A stretch of 64,000 nt of DNA, taken from assembly GCA_963827655.1 (NCBI GenBank), contig CAWHCF010000006.1:32001-96000 (forward strand), given 5' to 3'. Source of the DNA: an uncultured Acidobacteriota bacterium (GTDB taxonomy: Bacteria > Acidobacteriota > UBA6911). Below are positions 58,794-64,000 of this stretch, in pieces. Made by a program: the position numbers and the translations under genes. The notes beneath the pieces were generated by a model. It was not told where the DNA came from. It saw nothing but the letters and a program-made list of their open reading frames with translations, and ran no database searches. The stretch's first letter is position 1. Every line of letters begins with the position of its first letter.

Positions 58794-59306
58794 ATGAGTG
58801 CATACCGCGAAAGAATGCTGTCGCTCCTGGGCGACCGGTCGCCCGGCGAGGCGATGGATGCGGCTCGCAAGCGCATCGAGGAACTTGTCGATCAACTGGG
58901 CGAGGAGGGTTTCTCACGAAGCTATGGACCGGGAAAATGGACGGCAAGGGAGATACTCGTGCATCTGGCCGATGCCGAGCTGGCCACCGGCTTCCGCATA
59001 CGCCAGGCGCTGGCCGAAGAGAACCACACGGTTCAGGTTTGGGACCAGGACCTCTGGGCCACGCGGTACGGCGATTTCGACGCCCGGCTTGCCGCCCGTA
59101 CCTTTGGCTCGCTCCGGTCATGGAATCTGGCGTTGATACGAACCCTCAGTGCCGAGGATCTCGCCAGGCCCGTGATGCATCCCGAACGCGGGATCGAATC
59201 GATCGGGCTCATGATCCGCATGCTGGCCGGACACGATCTTAATCACCTGGCGCAGCTCCAACAGATCGCCGGGCAGAAGAAAGAGGCGGCGACCAGAGAG
59301 TGCTAA
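58794..59306 (+). CDS. DinB-family protein
   Basis: GKWTAREILVHLADAE, HPERG, AGHDLNHL. Confidence 0.85.
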   Translation: MSAYRERMLSLLGDRSPGEAMDAARKRIEELVDQLGEEGFSRSYGPGKWTAREILVHLADAELATGFRIRQALAEENHTVQVWDQDLWATRYGDFDARLAARTFGSLRSWNLALIRTLSAEDLARPVMHPERGIESIGLMIRMLAGHDLNHLAQLQQIAGQKKEAATREC

Positions 59307-59414
59307 AGGCGGGTGATAGCAAACGAAGGACTTTTCAAATCTGTCGGAATTCTCGCTAGCAGGGGAGAGTTTTCCAGTGCTCAATGGCGCCTCAGCACGA
59401 GCAGGTTATTGACA

Positions 59415-60299
59415 ATGACACGACGCCCGAATTGGTTCAGCCGCGAATTCTCCTTCGATCTTCCTCTCTGGACATACCCCAATATCGTCGAGCGCTTGCG
59501 AGGGACGCCGGCGCGGCTGGAAGACCGGATCAGCTCGTTGCCGGGGAAAACCCTGACCAGGCGAGATCGCAATAACTGGTCGATCCAGGAAAACGCCGGT
59601 CATTTGCTAGACCTCGAGCCCCTGGGAATGGACCGGCTCGATGACTTCGCCGCCGGGCGGCAAACTCTGCGGGCTGCCGACCTTGCGAATCGAAAGACTT
59701 ACGAGGCAAATCACAACTCGAGTGCCATCAAAGACGTCTTGCTCTCCTTCCGGGCGGCACGCCTGGCGTTCGTCGAGCGATTGGACGGCTTCGACCAGGC
59801 ATTCGTTCAGCGCACGGCGACGCATCCCCGTCTCAAGAAGGAGATGCGCGTCCTGGACCTGGCTTTCTTCATCGCCGAGCATGATGACCATCATCTGGCT
59901 CGCATCACGGAACTGATCCGACTGTTCGAAAGCCAGGTACGCCGCGCGCTACGGGCGGCAAATTGGAACGAGCGAATAGGCTTGAAGGTATTGCGTTTAG
60001 TTCCACGAGGTCAGGGTAAGACCCCGTCTTTCCCACCGCCGCGCCGGGCGCCGCGGCGATGCTGGAGACGCTACGGTTCAATATCGGTCACATTGCGTCG
60101 TCGATCGAGTTCGACCCGGATAGCATCCGCTTCGTGCTTGATTTTACCGTCCCGGTACATCAGAAGGAGTCCAGTCTGGGACGGCGACGCTACATCGCCG
60201 CCCGTCACCCCCAGAATGGTGAGGGTGCTGCTTCCGCCTGCCGGTACGCCCGTTGCAGGCACTCCCGAACCGACGAAGCGAGGCGTAGCCGGCGTATAG
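59415..60299 (+). CDS. DinB-family protein; domain ends near 59930, the extension is probably a lost stop
   Basis: WSIQENAGHLLDLE, HPRL, AEHDDHHLARI. Confidence 0.75.
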   Translation: MTRRPNWFSREFSFDLPLWTYPNIVERLRGTPARLEDRISSLPGKTLTRRDRNNWSIQENAGHLLDLEPLGMDRLDDFAAGRQTLRAADLANRKTYEANHNSSAIKDVLLSFRAARLAFVERLDGFDQAFVQRTATHPRLKKEMRVLDLAFFIAEHDDHHLARITELIRLFESQVRRALRAANWNERIGLKVLRLVPRGQGKTPSFPPPRRAPRRCWRRYGSISVTLRRRSSSTRIASASCLILPSRYIRRSPVWDGDATSPPVTPRMVRVLLPPAGTPVAGTPEPTKRGVAGV

Positions 60300-61070
60300 G
60301 TAATGTCCTCGATCGCGTCTGTCAGAATTCCAGTAAAGTAGTTGTCGAACGCAAACACTGAAAAATCGAAGCGGCTGTCAAGGGTCAGACCAAGAGCGGA
60401 CAGCGGCGCAGTCAGGATGGCATTGCCTGAATTCAGATCTGCATCCGTGAAGAAGAAAACCGGAATAGGCGTACCCGGCGGCGCGGCAAGGTTAGCGACT
60501 GCCACGACATTCTGGCCGGTCACCGCAAATCCTCCATTCTCGACATTGAAGACGACATAGTCGGGCGCGCCATCACGATTCGAGTCGACGTAGATGTCGA
60601 ACCCGGCGGATAGTTGGGATGAGCACGCTCTCCGAAGGTACTGATGGCAACTGAATTGCCGGATCCAATGAGCTGTTCACCAACAGGGCGCCGACCCCCT
60701 CATGTCGACGATGGCGAAGTTATCACCCGGGCCGGGCAACAGTGGTTTCGGAATTTTGCGGCTCTTCCCCAGGAGCGAGAAACGTCGACACGACCGGGAA
60801 CCGCTCCTTGTACGTGTTCAGAATGACCGTTGCGGTGCCGTGCACTGGACCTCGTCCGAATCGGGACGCACGGCAGCTGCGCGGTGCGGCAGTATCTGCC
60901 AGGGCAGGCGGATGGTGTCGGTGCTGTCGGCCAACGTCACGAATCCGTCAAACTCCACGTCCTGCAGTCTGAAGCCATCGCCGCCGCGGCTGCCACCGTT
61001 CAACGTCCATATGGAATTTCGTTGCATCTATCCTCAACCGGATTCTGAATGATGCGCTCCCGTTGGCGGA
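60071..61070 (-). pseudogene. Fragmented C-terminal part of a large secreted protein, probably an S8 (subtilase-type) peptidase
   Basis: Pieces in different frames (LNGGSRGGDGFRLQDVEFDGFV..RLPWQILPH; DADLNSGNAILTAPLSALGL..FDNYFTG); no N-terminus or catalytic motifs seen. Confidence 0.55.
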
Positions 61071-61165
61071 TGCCGGTGCAAGAATCGTCATGAGGTCCTG
61101 AACCAGGGATGGCATTTGAGTCTGAGCTACGCGGGGCCATTGAGTACGGCAGCCACATGTTCCCG

Positions 61166-61582
61166 CTATGTGCCGGTTTTCGTGATGTGTGCTACCGATT
61201 GCTGGATCAGTTTCTTCAGCGTAGGCAGATCGACGTCTTCGATTCTCTTGATGTACAAACACCCCTTCCCGGTCTTGTGCTTTCCCAGTTTTTTCAACAA
61301 CTCGCCCTGACCCTTGAATCCCGGCATGAAGTAAAGCGTCAAGGCCTCTTTGCGCGGAGAGAATCCGGTCAAGAACCAGTCCAGCTCGCGCCCGCTTTCG
61401 TACCTGTAGCAATAGCTGCCGAACCCCACAATGCTGGTTCCCCACATCTTTGGTTCGGACCGGGTGACCTGTTTCATGATCTCCAGGACCGTCAAGCAAT
61501 CGTTCCGTTTTTTTTCATCCGCGACGCCATCCAGGAATTTCTCAACGCTTGCGTCATTCTGTTTCGTCTTGAGTTCCGCCAT
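61166..61582 (-). CDS. DUF1801 (YdhG-like) protein
   Basis: PKMWGTSIVGFG.Y.Y, GFSPRK, LGKHKTGKGCLYIK. Confidence 0.85.
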   Translation of the reverse strand: MAELKTKQNDASVEKFLDGVADEKKRNDCLTVLEIMKQVTRSEPKMWGTSIVGFGSYCYRYESGRELDWFLTGFSPRKEALTLYFMPGFKGQGELLKKLGKHKTGKGCLYIKRIEDVDLPTLKKLIQQSVAHITKTGT

Positions 61583-61612
61583 CTTTAACTCCTTCAGGAT
61601 TGTGTCTGCGCG

Positions 61613-62095
61613 TCACCGGTTTTTCCGCTCGAGGGCGAGCAGGATTTCTTTGATATGGAGTCCCCCGCCGTATCCCGTCAAATGACCGCTGCTTCCGACG
61701 ACGCGATGGCAAGGGATGACAATCGGAAGCGGGTTCCGGCCATTCGCCGCTCCTACGGCGCGAATTGCCGAGGGCCTTCCGATGGCACGGGCCAGATCCC
61801 GGTAAGAAGTGGTCGCGCCGTACGGTATCGAGAGCAGCCCGCGCCACACCGCTTGCTGAAAAGGAGTACCCGCCGGGGCCAGCGGGAGGTCGAAGGTCTT
61901 GCGCGTACCTTCAAAATACTGTGAGATTTGCCGGATTGCGTCCCTGAACGGGACGCCATCATCTTCCCAGTGCGGATCAAGCTTGATTGTTTCTGTTTCC
62001 GAACAAAACTCGATCCGCTGCAGTCCGGCACAATCGCCGGCAAGGAACAATCTTCCTACCGGTGTTTCTGTGAAGCTGTAGAACAGTCTGGTCAT
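61613..62095 (-). CDS. ogt: Methylated-DNA--protein-cysteine methyltransferase
   Basis: GTPFQ, IPYG, RAVGAANGRNP, PCHRV. Confidence 0.93.
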   Translation of the reverse strand: MTRLFYSFTETPVGRLFLAGDCAGLQRIEFCSETETIKLDPHWEDDGVPFRDAIRQISQYFEGTRKTFDLPLAPAGTPFQQAVWRGLLSIPYGATTSYRDLARAIGRPSAIRAVGAANGRNPLPIVIPCHRVVGSSGHLTGYGGGLHIKEILLALERKNR

Positions 62096-62334
62096 CAGGC
62101 ACCGGTCACAACGAAGACTCAGCGCGGCCATCCGGCCGCGCTCTGGATTTGGCCAGTCAGGCCAAGAGCGCTCGCGCGGGGATTCCACGACTTGTCCGAG
62201 ATCCGAGTCGGCACTCCGATGTGTCGCACCTTCGGCGCTCGTTTCTAAACCTGAACTCTTCCCGGTTCCGCTGCCGGCCTCGGCTGCGCGCACCCGAGGC
62301 CGTCAGCTATCAGCTGTAAGCTTGCCGTTGCTGC

Positions 62335-62442
62335 GAGAGACGTAAGCATTCGTTTTACTTCGATCGCCTGGGCTTCTAATCAACGTCCGCCAACTCGCGG
62401 CATAAAAACGTCGCTCGGAAAACAGGATTTCACCGTCGTGTA
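62335..62442. repeat. 108-bp dispersed repeat, copy 2
   Basis: Colinear match to 7524-7631. Confidence 0.85.
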
Positions 62443-62457
62443 CTGCAATGAAGAAAA

Positions 62458-64000
62458 TCAATCGAGGCGCGACAGCCGGACGGCTTTCAATTCCATGACA
62501 GACTCGCCAGGTTTGCTGAGAGCTTTCACGTAGAGCCGGTTCCGGCCTTGCCGGAGGTCCAGGACTCCGGGCGTCAGGGGCGCCCAGACCTTTTCGTAGA
62601 CTTCGCCCCGCGGAACGCGATCAGGGCTGGGAAGAGACTCAGGGTCGTGGGCCCGCCCGATCACGCCCTCGACCGCCTGACCTGCAACCTCGACACGAAT
62701 TCGCGATCCGACATCGCGCTCGGGGCAGGTAAACAGAAGCGTCACTTCGAAACGACCCGGCTGCACGACGTCAATCTCCCACGACACGGAGTCTTCGATT
62801 CGTTGCCATCCGGTAATCCAATCGTTAGCCCAACCCTGGCCTCCTTTGAATCTAAGGTTCCCGCTGAAATAGCTCTCGGGCGCCGGGAGTTCAACCATGC
62901 GCGCCTGCGGATAGCCCACCGGTATCGGTAATCGTTCGATGCCGTTCTGCGTCACGTCCTTTAACCAGGCGTCATAGGCAGACCGCAGGGTCTCTACCAG
63001 GCTGGTATTCTCGCCGGCGATGTCTTTTCGTTGCTCCGGGTCTGCAGACATATCATATAGCTCGCAGCGCTTCCCGTCGGTCACAAGCCGATGGCGCTCG
63101 CTCCTGACCGCCCCCAAAGCAGAATTCATCGCCCCGCCGCGCGATTGAACGGTAAAGATCCTGCGCTCGGGCCAGCCTTCGGACTTTCCTTTCAGCAGCG
63201 GTACCAGGCTGGTGCCATCGAGCGGCAATGTTCGCGGCATTGGAACCCCGCACAGTTCAAGCAAGGTCGGAAAGAGATCGATGTGAGCGGCAATCTTTTC
63301 CACTGTCATGCCCGGCTGGATGCGCCCCGGCCAGCGGATAAACAACGGCACGCGCACGCCTCCTTCGTGGACACTCCCTTTGATTCCTTTCATGCCGCCG
63401 TTGTAGCGTTCACCGTTCGGGCCGTTATCCGTGAGAAAAAGAACGATGGTCCGATCGGTCAACCGAGCCGCCTCGAGCTGCTTCAGGATCCGGCCCACGT
63501 TATCGTCGATATTTTCGACCATGCCGTAGATAGCCGCGGTCTTGTCGTCGAACCCACGTCCCTTATATTTACTGAAGTAGCGTTCGGGCACCTGAAACGG
63601 GCCGTGCGGCGCGTTGTACGGAATGTAGCAAAAGAAAGGACGGCCGCGCTGTTTGTCGATGAACGCGATCGCCGCGTCGGTCAGCACGTCGGTGATGTAA
63701 CCGTTCGTCTTGAAGGGCCTGCCGTTGTGCTCCAGCGTGGTGTCAAAGTAATTGTTCCAGTGGCCGGCACAGAAGCCGAGAAACTCGTCAAAACCCTGGC
63801 CCCCGGGACTGTGGGGATAGTGCGCGCCGTTATGCCACTTGCCGAAGCATCCGGTTGCGTACCCGGCATCCCGCAGAGCCTCGGCCAGAGTGAGCTCCTC
63901 GCTGCGCATCGTTTCCAGTCCGCGAGTCACCCAGGCGACACCCGTCCTCGGGTGGTACCGCCCGGTCAGCAAGCTTGCCCGCGTGGGAGCGCAGACCGGA
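62458..64000 (-). CDS. Arylsulfatase (formylglycine-dependent); 5' end outside the window
   Basis: PVCAPTRASLLTGRY read at the window edge; GKWH, APHGP, TDNG, EGGVRVP. Confidence 0.92.
   Translation of the reverse strand, partial: PVCAPTRASLLTGRYHPRTGVAWVTRGLETMRSEELTLAEALRDAGYATGCFGKWHNGAHYPHSPGGQGFDEFLGFCAGHWNNYFDTTLEHNGRPFKTNGYITDVLTDAAIAFIDKQRGRPFFCYIPYNAPHGPFQVPERYFSKYKGRGFDDKTAAIYGMVENIDDNVGRILKQLEAARLTDRTIVLFLTDNGPNGERYNGGMKGIKGSVHEGGVRVPLFIRWPGRIQPGMTVEKIAAHIDLFPTLLELCGVPMPRTLPLDGTSLVPLLKGKSEGWPERRIFTVQSRGGAMNSALGAVRSERHRLVTDGKRCELYDMSADPEQRKDIAGENTSLVETLRSAYDAWLKDVTQNGIERLPIPVGYPQARMVELPAPESYFSGNLRFKGGQGWANDWITGWQRIEDSVSWEIDVVQPGRFEVTLLFTCPERDVGSRIRVEVAGQAVEGVIGRAHDPESLPSPDRVPRGEVYEKVWAPLTPGVLDLRQGRNRLYVKALSKPGESVMELKAVRLSRLD

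Overview
A ~60% GC bacterial chromosomal window. The gene content (TPR/FG-GAP proteins, Hanks kinase, PQQ-like propellers, sulfatase, Tat-exported SelA-like enzyme) suggests Acidobacteriota, but that is inference. Most of it is ordinary metabolic and regulatory genes: phoR with two PhoB-like regulators, a form II coxSLMG-like molybdo-flavoprotein, prmA, amidase-MFS-LarA-MATE, ilvN-ilvC-ilvB, a sigma-32-like factor, cstA, an ECF sigma/anti-sigma pair, MocR-ilvE-DinB, ogt and a sulfatase. The ORF track misses three things. (1) A UxxC selenoprotein of the AhpC/TSA-like class, with an in-frame TGA and a SECIS-like hairpin (6821-7381). (2) A complete ribosome-mediated attenuator with a long 57-aa Leu/Val/Ile-rich leader ahead of the ilv operon. 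(3) A layered set of intergenic non-autonomous elements: three MITE-like families with TIRs and target duplications, several inserted at the centre of palindromic repeats, one of them inside the hairpin loop of an older copy of its own internal sequence; inverted heptamer and nonamer micro-repeat arrays; and an unexplained 108-bp dispersed repeat. Several genes carry single-base frameshifts that may be sequencing errors. No CRISPR array, rRNA, tRNA or intact transposase was seen.
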